A DNA stretch of 64,000 nt, from assembly GCA_963816145.1 (NCBI GenBank), contig CAWFJP010000015.1:165940-229939 (forward strand), in the 5' to 3' direction. Origin of the DNA: an uncultured delta proteobacterium (lineage in GTDB: Bacteria > Desulfobacterota > Binatia > UBA9968). Below the pieces are notes generated by a model. It was given only the letters and a program-made list of their open reading frames with translations, was not told the origin of the DNA and did not search any database. The position numbers and the translations under genes were made by a program. Below, piece by piece: positions 20,033 to 28,864 of the stretch; the first letter of the stretch is position 1, and the number at the start of each line of letters is the position of its first letter.

Positions 20033-21577
20033 TCATTCGGTCATTCGACCGCGCCCTGTAAGAAACCACCGCCGTCTCACCCGGTCGTAATAGAGCCAAA
20101 GCAAATCGCCGCCGCGGGTTTCGGCGTAGTAGTATTCGCGCTGGATCTCGCGGTTCCACCAGCCGCCGGCGAAGACGTAGGGGCCGGTGAGTTTGTCGAT
20201 GTTGCCGTGCTTGGGGCCCAAGACGAGCCAGCCGTCTTCGTGGCTGTGATACGGACCGCCGGCAAGACGCTGCGGTTTTTGGCTCACGCGGCGGATCAAT
20301 GTTTTCGAATTGGCGAGGTTCAATTCGTTTAAATCGTTCAAACCGTTCAAAACGTTTTGGGGAAGACGAATACGAGTCACAGGCTCCCAGGTAAATCTCG
20401 CTTCGGGCAGATGGCCGTCGGTGAGCTTGGCCGAGACCACCGCGTCGTCGCCGAACTCGGCACGCAAACGCGCCAGCGCGCGGTTGGCGGCTTCGAGATC
20501 GCGCGTCGGTTTTTCGTTGAACAAACGCAACTGTTCGCTGGTCGCCGTGCAGGCTTCGGCGCTGAGTTCGATTTCGATGGCGCCGGCGGCGAGCCGAAGC
20601 GACTCCAGGCGCAGCCGGACGAGATCGAGAAGCTGCACCGCATCGAGGGTCGGCACCGCGGGACGCAGCGATTCTTTGAAACGGTCGCCGTGATCGATCA
20701 GCAACGACAACCAGAGAACGACCAGCGCCTGATGGCGCGCGGCGAGTGTGCTCAACAAGGGATGGAGCAACTGCTTGATCAAAAACAACAGCCGGGTGCT
20801 GTCGCTCTCGGCGTCGTCGAGAATTATCGTCTGGCGCGCCGGTTCCACTGGCGCGTTCGGCGCCAGCGGCGCCCACAGTTCGCCGGCAGCCATGCGGTGG
20901 AGACGATAAGCTTCCTTGCCGAAACGCTCGCGCAACCCGCCCGGCGGCAAGGACAACAGCGCGCCGACGGTGGTGATGCCGAGCTTGAATAGCGCATCGC
21001 GAAACTTGGGCTCGATGTTCAAACGGTTGAGCGGCACGGCGCCGGCCGCCTGCCGTTCTTCAGCGCCGTTGCGAAAGATGGTGATCCCCGCCTTGTTTTT
21101 GGCGATCGCATAGCTGCCGAAGCGGCTGAAACCGACGGCGAGATTGGCATTGAATCCCTGGGCTCCGAGATCTTGCTGTATAACGCTGGCCCACTGTTTG
21201 GGCGAAGCATAGAGACGCTGCAGACCGCTGCCGTTCAACCAAAAGACGCCGGGCTCCTGCGCCGCCGGCTCGACCTCGGGAGTAAAGCGCATCAGCCGCT
21301 CGGTCAATTCGCCCAGCGCTGTTTCACTCTCAGCCGCCGACACTTCGCCGGCGCGCAGCGTCGACGCGAGGGAGAACGCCGCGGCGTAGCGCAGACCGGG
21401 CAGCACCCCCTGCCGGCGCGCGCTTTCATTGACCCACAGCACTAAACCCTGCGGCTTGTCCTGCGTCACCACCGCCGCCGGATAACCGGCCCAGTCGGGA
21501 TGACGCCTGAGCAAGAGCTGCAATGGGAACGCCGGCAGATCAACACAGGCCAGCCGGCCCGCTATAGAGCTCTTCAT
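20033..21577 (-). CDS. imuB: ImuB, catalytically inactive Y-family polymerase-like protein
   Basis: RLACVDLPAFPLQ, ARRQGVLPG, FTPEVE, LARLRAEFG, HLPE, GPY..GGWW..EIQREYY; true end probably WFLQGAVE at 20041 (1-nt indel). Confidence 0.85.
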   Translation of the reverse strand: MKSSIAGRLACVDLPAFPLQLLLRRHPDWAGYPAAVVTQDKPQGLVLWVNESARRQGVLPGLRYAAAFSLASTLRAGEVSAAESETALGELTERLMRFTPEVEPAAQEPGVFWLNGSGLQRLYASPKQWASVIQQDLGAQGFNANLAVGFSRFGSYAIAKNKAGITIFRNGAEERQAAGAVPLNRLNIEPKFRDALFKLGITTVGALLSLPPGGLRERFGKEAYRLHRMAAGELWAPLAPNAPVEPARQTIILDDAESDSTRLLFLIKQLLHPLLSTLAARHQALVVLWLSLLIDHGDRFKESLRPAVPTLDAVQLLDLVRLRLESLRLAAGAIEIELSAEACTATSEQLRLFNEKPTRDLEAANRALARLRAEFGDDAVVSAKLTDGHLPEARFTWEPVTRIRLPQNVLNGLNDLNELNLANSKTLIRRVSQKPQRLAGGPYHSHEDGWLVLGPKHGNIDKLTGPYVFAGGWWNREIQREYYYAETRGGDLLWLYYDRVRRRWFLTGRGRMTE

Positions 21578-22136
21578 AATTCCAGGTCGGACCGCGCCGC
21601 TTGTCCTTGAGCACGCGCAAAGCGCACGCGAAGCGATTACCTTCGACGCGTTTTTTCTCGGCATGGGCGCGCAGGGAAACCAGCGAACCGAGAGAAAAAG
21701 CCCCGTGCGTTTTTTCCGTCAAACAAATCAGCGCCGTGTGATGACGATGCGCCAGGCCGGTCAAGCGCGTCTGCAGCGGCATCGGAATATCGGCAGCGCC
21801 GAGATCGAGCACAATGACGCCGAAACCGCCGGAGCGCAGGAGCTTTTCGCCGGCGCGGGCGATGCTGTCGGCGCGGGCTAAACGCACCACCACCAACGCC
21901 GCCAGATCGGTGCCGCCTTGAGCGACATCCGGCGGATAGAAAGAATGTTCCGCCAAAGTAATCCAACCCACCGGCTCGCCATGCGCCTGCGCCTCGCGAA
22001 TCAAAGTAAACGTCAGCGTCAACGCTGCTGAAGCCGCCGCTCCGGAGATCTCGACGAATCGCCCGGCGACCTCGTCAAGCGTCCACGGCGTCGCTACAGC
22101 AGCGGGACGAAGTCTTTGTGTGGAAGATAACGCCAT
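21540..22136 (-). CDS. imuA: ImuA / RecA-like protein
   Basis: GRFVEISG with degenerate Walker A, FYPPD, LLRSGGFGVIVLD; overlaps imuB start. Confidence 0.8.
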   Translation of the reverse strand: MALSSTQRLRPAAVATPWTLDEVAGRFVEISGAAASAALTLTFTLIREAQAHGEPVGWITLAEHSFYPPDVAQGGTDLAALVVVRLARADSIARAGEKLLRSGGFGVIVLDLGAADIPMPLQTRLTGLAHRHHTALICLTEKTHGAFSLGSLVSLRAHAEKKRVEGNRFACALRVLKDKRRGPTWNYEELYSGPAGLC

Positions 22137-22292
22137 AGATGAAAACTCCAGGAAAGCTGTCCTGCCTTGAGTGGGACACAAACGAACGGAGATCAGCAAC
22201 CGACAACAGCTTCAGATCGGCAGGATCGAACTGCTACAGAAAAGTAACGTCGCGTTCGAAAAATGTAGAAAATGGTGGAAGGGGGAAGCTTT

Positions 22293-22342
22293 ATTTAACG
22301 CTATGCCGCTGACCTGGAATCGGGTCAAGCGGTGGGTTAGGC
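22293..22342 (-). repeat. attC site, last of array B
   Basis: ATTTAAC...CCGCTGACC / GGTCAAGCGG...GTTAGGC. Confidence 0.75.
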
Positions 22343-22546
22343 TCTGCGCGACCGTTTGTGTTTTGCGATCAGCTCCCGAACCGTTGCAACCAACTCTTTC
22401 GGCACTTCCATGAGGGCTTGAGTAGAATCCTCATATACCGCCTCATCCTCGGCGACCGCCTCTTCTTCCGTTTGCTGCTCGTAATGCTTGAGCACTCGAC
22501 GTACTTTTCGCTCGTCCCAACCGGTTGGAAATTTACTCTGTTTCAT
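22337..22546 (-). CDS. Probable antitoxin, small protein
   Basis: FPTGWDERKVRRVLKHYEQQTEEEAVAEDEA; overlaps upstream toxin-like gene. Confidence 0.65.
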   Translation of the reverse strand: MKQSKFPTGWDERKVRRVLKHYEQQTEEEAVAEDEAVYEDSTQALMEVPKELVATVRELIAKHKRSRRA

Positions 22547-22839
22547 CTCTTTCCTTTTCTACGTAAGCGTCTTCGATAGGCTAATAATGGCTTGCCGCGC
22601 AACTCGTATGCTGTAATCACAAAGACGCTGTCCGGTTGCGGGTCTGGAACATAAATCACCCGAAGATAACGCCCGGCTCGTGTTTTACCTATTGCTACAC
22701 GTGCCCCTTCCCGGCCGGGACGATCCTCCCCGGGGGATGAAAGCACATCGATAACTTCTTCCTCATCGATTCCGTGATTGTGGATGTGAGGAACTTCCGT
22801 TTGCTGCAGCGCATGGTTAGGCTCTTCTTTCTTCGTCAT
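22543..22839 (-). CDS. BrnT/DUF4258-like toxin, 5' end fused to a half attC
   Basis: HIHNHGIDEEEV...AIGKTRAGRYLRVIY...VITAYEL; N-terminal PNHALQ is attC-derived. Confidence 0.65.
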   Translation of the reverse strand: MTKKEEPNHALQQTEVPHIHNHGIDEEEVIDVLSSPGEDRPGREGARVAIGKTRAGRYLRVIYVPDPQPDSVFVITAYELRGKPLLAYRRRLRRKGKR

Positions 22840-22840
22840 G

Positions 22841-23332
22841 TCAAATCTTGGCCAATGCCTCGCGGCGGCGCTGCCCTGCTAACACATATTGTCGTGAAAG
22901 CTCGAATCCCTCTTTGCGCGAAATGTTCGGGTTGGGTGTGCAAGTGATGGATCCATCGGCATTTGTCTCAATGATATCACCAGCCGCACGATGAGAGCCA
23001 AGCATGTCGTGTCCGAGCTCTTTCTCCAGCGCATCGTAGTTCGGATGCACCGGCAGTATCGTGATGCGTGATGGAACTCGGCGGCGCTCAATAAAGCCAG
23101 ACTGGCTACCCCAGCCGTCGGAACTCTTGTAGTTGCTCTTGATGTAGGGGCGACCGCTGTCACCGCCTGAAAACTGCTCGGAAAGATAGGCCTGCTCACC
23201 AGGTGAAAGCTCCCTGGCGGAGCCGTCCTGATTCACGTAAACAAACTTAAAGCCCGGCTCGTTACCGCGGCGCGGGACGAACATCCAAACGAGGCCTACG
23301 ATAACAATGACTGAAATCGCCGCGATGAGCAT
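22841..23332 (-). CDS. Hypothetical protein with N-terminal TM helix
   Basis: Cassette ORF with hydrophobic N-terminus. Confidence 0.65.
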   Translation of the reverse strand: MLIAAISVIVIVGLVWMFVPRRGNEPGFKFVYVNQDGSARELSPGEQAYLSEQFSGGDSGRPYIKSNYKSSDGWGSQSGFIERRRVPSRITILPVHPNYDALEKELGHDMLGSHRAAGDIIETNADGSITCTPNPNISRKEGFELSRQYVLAGQRRREALAKI

Positions 23333-23342
23333 AGGTTTCTTA

Positions 23343-23428
23343 GCCTAACGCGATGCGGCTAAGCGTGGCGAAAGAGCGAGCCTGAAAGGCCAGCGCTCCC
23401 GACATCGGTCTTAAGCCGCGGGCTAGGC
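23343..23428 (-). repeat. attC site
   Basis: GCCTAACGCGATGCGGCTAAG...CTTAAGCCGCGGGCTAGGC. Confidence 0.8.
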
Positions 23429-23438
23429 GTCAATTTCC

Positions 23439-23945
23439 TTATCCGCGATTCTTACGCTCCCAAGCCTCTCGTTCTTCACGGCCTTCCCAAATCGTTTCAC
23501 GCGGAAAGTGTCCTGTGCCAACCCAGCAAAGCAACGGCTTCACTTCTCCGTAATTGAGAAAATGCTCCAATGTCTCCGTCGCGAGATCTTCCGAGACAAA
23601 TAATTCGCGAGGCCATCGTTCCAGAGTCTGCCCACCGAGATTGATTTCAACGCTGGGATTAGAGAACTCGATCCGAGTCACAAGAAATTCACCCGACGAT
23701 ACGTCGTTCTCGAAACACTGCAGATAGAAGCCTGCGCACTCACGCCAGCTAATGTGAACGCGAGGGAAATCGCTGTCCGCCCGACGAATTGATGCCTCGT
23801 CCCAGACCGCAGCCGATCGTAGCCGCGATAAAACTTCTGAAGGCGGCGGCACAACAACCTCGCTTGTGCTTGAGATAAATGAGAGCCGAAAAGTGTGTCG
23901 AAGAGTGTCGGTCCTATCGGTGTACGTCTGACGGACGGTGCGCAT
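23439..23945 (-). CDS. Hypothetical cassette protein
   Basis: ORF ending next to attC. Confidence 0.5.
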   Translation of the reverse strand: MRTVRQTYTDRTDTLRHTFRLSFISSTSEVVVPPPSEVLSRLRSAAVWDEASIRRADSDFPRVHISWRECAGFYLQCFENDVSSGEFLVTRIEFSNPSVEINLGGQTLERWPRELFVSEDLATETLEHFLNYGEVKPLLCWVGTGHFPRETIWEGREEREAWERKNRG

Positions 23946-23968
23946 GTTCGTTGGCCGGACGCCAGCCT

Positions 23969-24361
23969 TTACCGCCGGCTTCCGACCGGCAACCATCGGG
24001 CAGCAGCATCGGCGCTATCCTCGGGCCGCGTGTTGAATGCAATCGCCGCGCCTGGGGCAGCCTTGTGGATAGCGTTGATGACGGCTTCGAATATTGCAAG
24101 GCGCCGGGGCGGCAGGCGGATGCCGGCTCCGATTACAACACAATCATAAGTCGTCGAAGCTAATTGACGCTCTGCTGTCGGCCCAGCGGTTTCATCAGGC
24201 CGGATGAAACCAACGTCGGCCTCCCATCCGCGTTCAGCAAACTGCTTCAGCGCAACCGCAATGCCGGCGCGAACCTTCTCCGCCGTCATACCTGGTGGCA
24301 AAGCAGGGTCGGAAAAATCCACAGTCTCCGGATCGTAGCCAATCAACAAAACCCGCGCCAT
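23969..24361 (-). CDS. Conserved-looking hypothetical protein
   Basis: MARVLLIGYDPETVDFSDP...DCVVIGAGIR...IAFNTRPEDS; GGAGG RBS. Confidence 0.75.
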   Translation of the reverse strand: MARVLLIGYDPETVDFSDPALPPGMTAEKVRAGIAVALKQFAERGWEADVGFIRPDETAGPTAERQLASTTYDCVVIGAGIRLPPRRLAIFEAVINAIHKAAPGAAIAFNTRPEDSADAAARWLPVGSRR

Positions 24362-24557
24362 GAGCCCTCCCTCCTTTTCCGTTAGCTTAGTGCAACCGTC
24401 TCGGACATACGAGGCAAGCCAATCATAAATGCCTCGCTTGGATCCTGGCCTTTCGACATGATTTTCATGACATGCCAATCGTGGGTATTGACGACATAGA
24501 TGATCTTTCGGTCGGGCGCGGCGGCACAATCCGTCACATCGGTTATGACCTCCGGCG

Positions 24558-24607
24558 GCCTAACGCGGTGCCGCTGAGCCGGAATCGGGTCCAGCGGCAG
24601 GTTAGGC
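24558..24607 (-). repeat. attC site (short, similar to 22293)
   Basis: GCCTAAC...GCCGCTGAGCCGGAATCGGGTCCAGCGGC...GTTAGGC. Confidence 0.8.
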
Positions 24608-24610
24608 TCT

Positions 24611-24874
24611 CTATCGGTAAACGTCTTTTCTGTGGCCAACTTTGACGATGTCGACCAGAAATTTCTTATCGTCGATGGAATACAAGATACGATAGTTACC
24701 CTCTCGCACCCTGTACCGGTCGAGGTGACCTGATAATTTTTCACAACCAAACGGTCTGGGATTTTCACCTAGAGATTGAATCCGTAAGACAATTCGCTGT
24801 CGGTCTTTCTTTTGTCCAACCGTATCAATCTCTTTGCTTGCAGATTGCTTGATGACTACCTTATATCTTGCCAC
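24611..24874 (-). CDS. RelE/ParE family toxin
   Basis: NPRPFGCEKLSG...YRVREGNYRILYSIDD...VKVGHRKDVYR. Confidence 0.9.
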   Translation of the reverse strand: MARYKVVIKQSASKEIDTVGQKKDRQRIVLRIQSLGENPRPFGCEKLSGHLDRYRVREGNYRILYSIDDKKFLVDIVKVGHRKDVYR

Positions 24875-25091
24875 GCCGTCTCAACGACCTCACCACGGTT
24901 TCAAAGTCGACGCTCTTTTCGTGAGCACGTTCTTCAAACGCAGCGAGATCTTCCGCATCCTCGGCCAACGCCAGTTTCACAGCGTCATTGACCATGTCAG
25001 AAATGGAACGATCGGCAGCTGCTGCCTTGAGTCGCAGGGCTCGGTGAATCTCCGGCTCGAAATAAACGGTAGCTCGTTTCGGTAAACTCAT
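24861..25091 (-). CDS. CopG/RHH antitoxin
   Basis: KRATVYFEPEIHRALRLKAA...SISDMVNDAV. Confidence 0.85.
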   Translation of the reverse strand: MSLPKRATVYFEPEIHRALRLKAAAADRSISDMVNDAVKLALAEDAEDLAAFEERAHEKSVDFETVVRSLRRRGKI

Positions 25092-25093
25092 AT

Positions 25094-25130
25094 GGTTATA
25101 TTAACGTTACAACGTCATAACGTCAACGTG
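25094..25130 (-). promoter_or_regulatory. TA cassette promoter/operator
   Basis: Minus strand TTGACG...TATAAC, with repeated AACGT motifs. Confidence 0.5.
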
Positions 25131-25137
25131 GCTAAGA

Positions 25138-25219
25138 GCCTAACGTTATGCCATTGAGCCGCTATCAGAAAAGGGAATCATCCGTCAAAACTCGTCGTCG
25201 GCTCAAGCGGCGGTTAGGA
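25138..25219 (-). repeat. attC site
   Basis: GCCTAAC...TTGAGCCG / CGGCTCAA...GTTAGGA. Confidence 0.8.
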
Positions 25220-25230
25220 CCTTTGTTGTG

Positions 25231-25545
25231 TCACTTGGCTTTGAGTCCGTCACGAAAGGCGATGGATTCCAATTCGACCCGGACAGCGTCCTCGATTGGA
25301 ATCACCGGACGGGCCTCGAAGACAAACGCCGGCAGCAGCGAGCAGAACTTGTGGACCGCTGTGGGATCATCGCAATCCAGCATCATATATCCACCCCAGT
25401 CTCCCACTCGGATCACGAACAACTCGATCTTGAAATTGACCGGCGCCTTCCATTGTGTGAAGACCTCTAGGATCCGCTTCTGGGCGTTCTCGTATTCCAT
25501 CGGTGAGCCTTGCGGACGTTCGGACCAAGTGAGCATGTACTTCAT
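25231..25545 (-). CDS. DUF3303-like protein
   Basis: MKYMLTWSERP...GGYMML...F..RPVIPIEDA. Confidence 0.7.
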   Translation of the reverse strand: MKYMLTWSERPQGSPMEYENAQKRILEVFTQWKAPVNFKIELFVIRVGDWGGYMMLDCDDPTAVHKFCSLLPAFVFEARPVIPIEDAVRVELESIAFRDGLKAK

Positions 25546-25596
25546 GGGTATTCTCCGTTATTGAGGTGATGTGATTGGACGTAATTGTTTCAATCG

Positions 25597-25683
25597 ACCT
25601 AACGCTATGCGGCTAAGCCGTGGCGAAAAAGCGAGCCTTTAAGGCGAGCGTTCTCGACATCAGTCTTAAGCGGCAGGTTCAAG
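25597..25683 (-). repeat. attC site interrupted at its right core
   Basis: ACCTAACGCTATGCGGCTAAG...CTTAAGCGGCAG-GTTCAAG. Confidence 0.75.
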
Positions 25684-25788
25684 TAAAGCCGCTGCGCGGC
25701 AGTTAATCCCACCTGACAATCGATTCTATCCTATTACCAGCGTTGTTCGGTAAAAGCTTCTCCTATCTTTTACAGAAGGAGAAGTTTT

Positions 25789-26220
25789 ATGAACGATTGG
25801 TATCAACGCATGATGGCAACTCTGCAACTCAATGGGAAAGGAGAGCCCACGCAGAAAGCCTACACCCGCGCGGTCCGTATGCTTTGTGAGTTCTACGATA
25901 AAACCCCTGATCTGATCTCCGAGCCCGAGCTCCAAGAGTACTTCCTGCATCGCAAAAACGTCAACCGCTGGGTGCCCAAGACCATGCGCATCTGCTACGG
26001 CGGTATTCGCTTCTTCTACGTCCATGTGCTGGCCCGCGATTGGCACATCTTGTCGATCCTGCGCGCTCAGAACGAACACCGCCTGCCCGCCGTGCTGAGC
26101 GTCGAAGAAGTCGGTGGCATTTTGGCACACGTCAGAAACTCCCCCCACCACGTCTTCCTCTCGACCGTCTACTCCTGCGGACTGCGTCTCGACGAAGCCC
26201 GCCACCTCGAAGTCTCCGAA
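25789..26220 (+). pseudogene. Truncated tyrosine recombinase of the type paired with IS91-family transposases
   Basis: QRMMATLQLNG...TQKAYTRAV...LQEYFLH...IRFFY...LPAVLSVEEV...YSCGLRLDEA, then truncated; opposite strand to cassettes. Confidence 0.75.
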
Positions 26221-26266
26221 ACAAAAAATCAACCGGGTTTTTCAGCAGAATCATCCCTGGACCACG

Positions 26267-26563
26267 TCACGCCCGGGTGTTTTCCACGAGCGAGGCAATC
26301 TGCACGAACTCGACGCTAGGGCGCACACCGTAGAGACCGGCCACCTGCTCGAGTAACTGATCAGTGAAGAACGCTTTGGCCGCGTCCTCGGAATCCCAAA
26401 CGTAGAAGTTCGCGGCCTCACGCTTTCCGGAATTGAGCGTGAAGGCCTTTGAGCGCAGGCCCGGCATTCCTTCAAACCTTGCGCGTGCAGTCTCAGCGAT
26501 CTTCCGCACGGCTTGCTCGTCGAAATTGTCTCCGTAGCGAAACGTCACGAATACACCGATCAT
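26267..26563 (-). CDS. YdhR-like putative monooxygenase
   Basis: FEGMPGLRSKAF...NFYVWDSEDAAKAFF. Confidence 0.7.
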   Translation of the reverse strand: MIGVFVTFRYGDNFDEQAVRKIAETARARFEGMPGLRSKAFTLNSGKREAANFYVWDSEDAAKAFFTDQLLEQVAGLYGVRPSVEFVQIASLVENTRA

Positions 26564-26614
26564 GTCGCACTCCTTTCGATGTAGTTGCTAAGGTCACCGC
26601 GTCATTGTCGTGAC

Positions 26615-26708
26615 GCCTAACATCAAGCATCACCGGGCCGGCACGACGGCATTGGGAGTAACCTGAAAAACCAGGCTGTGCCGGCTCCGGTGCATGCGCT
26701 AGTTCGGC
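26615..26708 (-). repeat. attC site
   Basis: GCCTAAC...GCATCACCGGGCCGGCAC / GTGCCGGCTCCGGTGCATGC...GTTCGGC. Confidence 0.85.
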
Positions 26709-26791
26709 GGCGCCGTCAAAAGTCGGCTGTTCTACAATCGGCCCAAACACAAAACCGTTCGGACGAGACCTTAGAGAAAGACTTCGAGGTT

Positions 26792-27067
26792 CTACTTTGC
26801 GTGCACCTTAGCCAAACTGCTTGCAGCTTCGGCGTCCTCAATCACAGGCGTGATTTGGAGTTCCAGCAGATCTCCCCACACCGTCTCGAGTTCTGCTATC
26901 CCCGTGGCGTCTCCGTCGACGACATGCCAGCCGTACGTTGAACCTGGCGCGTGCCAGCGACCGATTGTGGTTACTCCGGGGGGGTTGGGAGCGCCGGTGG
27001 TCAAGAATCGTTCGACTGCCACCTTGTAGTTACCAGGCGGAATCTTCCAAGCAACCATGAACTTCAT
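26792..27067 (-). CDS. DUF3303 protein
   Basis: MKFMVAW...ERFLTTGAP..GV..IGRWH...ITPVIED. Confidence 0.8.
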   Translation of the reverse strand: MKFMVAWKIPPGNYKVAVERFLTTGAPNPPGVTTIGRWHAPGSTYGWHVVDGDATGIAELETVWGDLLELQITPVIEDAEAASSLAKVHAK

Positions 27068-27230
27068 TTTGTGTCCTCCTATGATGTTGGGCCGTTCTCG
27101 AAAGCCTTAGGGGGTCAGTGCCGACCTCGATAAAGAATACTCCACGCACTTGACGAGAGTAACGGAATCTGAACCACGATTCTTTATGTGATCGCGAATA
27201 GCCTCGCCCTTGTTCACGATGCCGATAGCC

Positions 27231-27317
27231 GTCTAACGCAAAAGTTCACCCGCCGGGTCTTGCCTCCGCCGCTTTGCGCCTCCAGCAAGGGCCGGCGGGT
27301 GGAACGCCTTGTTGGGC
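27231..27317 (-). repeat. attC site
   Basis: GTCTAAC...TTCACCCGCCGG / CCGGCGGGTGGAA...GTTGGGC. Confidence 0.85.
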
Positions 27318-27369
27318 GTCTGCGCACAAACATGTGGAACATCTGGTTCTCACCAAGGGATCACCGTGC

Positions 27370-27822
27370 CTACGCCCCCCAGGCCGCACTCCATTGGCGA
27401 CGCCGGGTGTAGAAGTACGCCGCCATGCACCAATCGTATGTCGCACAGAAGGCCCCATATGCCAACGGAATCTCGGTCCCCGTACTTGGGCCGAAGTCCA
27501 CGCCTGCATGGGCATGCAGCTCATGAAGTAGATCCCAAAGGCCATGCAGGACGTACCCAAGCATAAGCACAACAGGCACTCGACTACCCAATACGCCGAG
27601 AACAGCAAATACGGCTACAGCGACGACTTCGAGTCGCCATGCTCCTTCATTGCCGAAGTAGGCAGTGAACGCCAAATAGAAGCCAGCGATTGGAACGAGG
27701 AAGAGACCGAAGAAGATCTGCTCTGCCTTTGCAGAGAACAGCTTCTTTGAAATAGCGACAGACCCAGCTGCTGACATCAACCCAATGCTTACATATAGGG
27801 CCATGATCACGGAAAGTGCCAT
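27370..27822 (-). CDS. Membrane protein (DUF6010-like)
   Basis: Several TM helices; GYVLHGLWDLLH...PLAYGAFCATYD. Confidence 0.7.
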   Translation of the reverse strand: MALSVIMALYVSIGLMSAAGSVAISKKLFSAKAEQIFFGLFLVPIAGFYLAFTAYFGNEGAWRLEVVAVAVFAVLGVLGSRVPVVLMLGYVLHGLWDLLHELHAHAGVDFGPSTGTEIPLAYGAFCATYDWCMAAYFYTRRRQWSAAWGA

Positions 27823-27832
27823 TTCTGTCCCT

Positions 27833-28150
27833 TCAGCGCTCGCCGTTATGGCCGCGCGTTTTTCGCGCCCGCTCCATCCTTTTGTTAGCCGCGCGGCGAG
27901 GTAGAACCGCCTTTTTCATCTCTTCTAGAGACAAAGTTTTGCCAGCAGCAAATTGCCGCCGTGACTTCGTGATGATTTTCAAAAACTCTGGATGTGAACT
28001 CAACGCTAGGGATTCTCGATCCACATTCTTTAATGGAACAACTGCCGCAATGGGTCTGTTGCGCTCGGTGACGAGTACTATTTGCTCATCCAATTCCTTC
28101 GCGTACTCCGCCAGTGACCGAGAAGCGCTCGCAAGCTTAATGGTTTTCAT
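27833..28150 (-). CDS. Phd/YefM-like antitoxin
   Basis: ASRSLAEY...VLVTERNRPIAAVVPL. Confidence 0.75.
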   Translation of the reverse strand: MKTIKLASASRSLAEYAKELDEQIVLVTERNRPIAAVVPLKNVDRESLALSSHPEFLKIITKSRRQFAAGKTLSLEEMKKAVLPRRAANKRMERARKTRGHNGER

Positions 28151-28445
28151 AACTCGATCTCCTTACCGGCTATTCGAACAACATTTCCTTCCTTTTTCCC
28201 CACGGCCACGGTGCGGACCACGTCAGGGTCGCCAGGAACGACTTCATAGAATGCCCGAAGGTTTCCGATTCGTAACTCCCAAGGCGCAACGGGATTCGGA
28301 CGCAAAGGTTTTCGATTCCGTGTTTCGACCAGTGGCTCGTGCGAAAGCTGTTGCTCGATCACAGCCAACGCCGTTGATCGTTCTCTAGCCGTCAATGCCT
28401 CAACTGTTGCCTCACATCGGCGGCAAACCTAATCTCATACGGCAT
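28147..28445 (-). CDS. RelE/ParE family toxin, frameshift near 28395
   Basis: MPYEIRFA + QLSHEP..ETRNRKPLRPNP.APWELRIG. Confidence 0.75.
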
Positions 28446-28524
28446 TGCCGGTAGTTTACCAGAAATGAGAGCGAAGGTCTGTAAGCAGAAAAAACATCGT
28501 TGAAATGCTGGGTATCGTCCGTGT

Positions 28525-28659
28525 GGCGAACGAGTCGGCGGGTGAGCTGTGGCCCGCAGGGCCATCGGTTCCATCCGCTGGTTCGACCGCCGCAGGCGGT
28601 CGCAACCAGCGTGGCTCACCCGCCGACTCGTTCGCACGACCGTCTGCGGTCGGGCGAAC
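28525..28659. repeat. ORF-less compound attC module, copy 1
   Basis: attC 28525-28587, hairpin, inverted internally deleted attC copy, hairpin; near-identical to 34753-34887. Confidence 0.8.
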
Positions 28660-28749
28660 GCTCGCGGTGAGCGGGCGGGCCACATCCGCAGATGCCCACA
28701 TGTGTACGAGCCTACACTGTGGCCCGTACGCTCCACTGCGTGGTTAGGT
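28653..28749 (-). repeat. attC site
   Basis: GGCGAAC...GAGCGGGCGGGCCACA / TGTGGCCCGTACGCTC...GTTAGGT. Confidence 0.8.
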
Positions 28750-28864
28750 TCCGACCGGACTGGGACAGAATTCTACCTCGCCTTTCTATACCCTCCGACA
28801 TTGGGACAGGATGTAGGAATGCATACGCATCTACCCAAGTTTCTGCAGCCAACCCGCAATGTCA

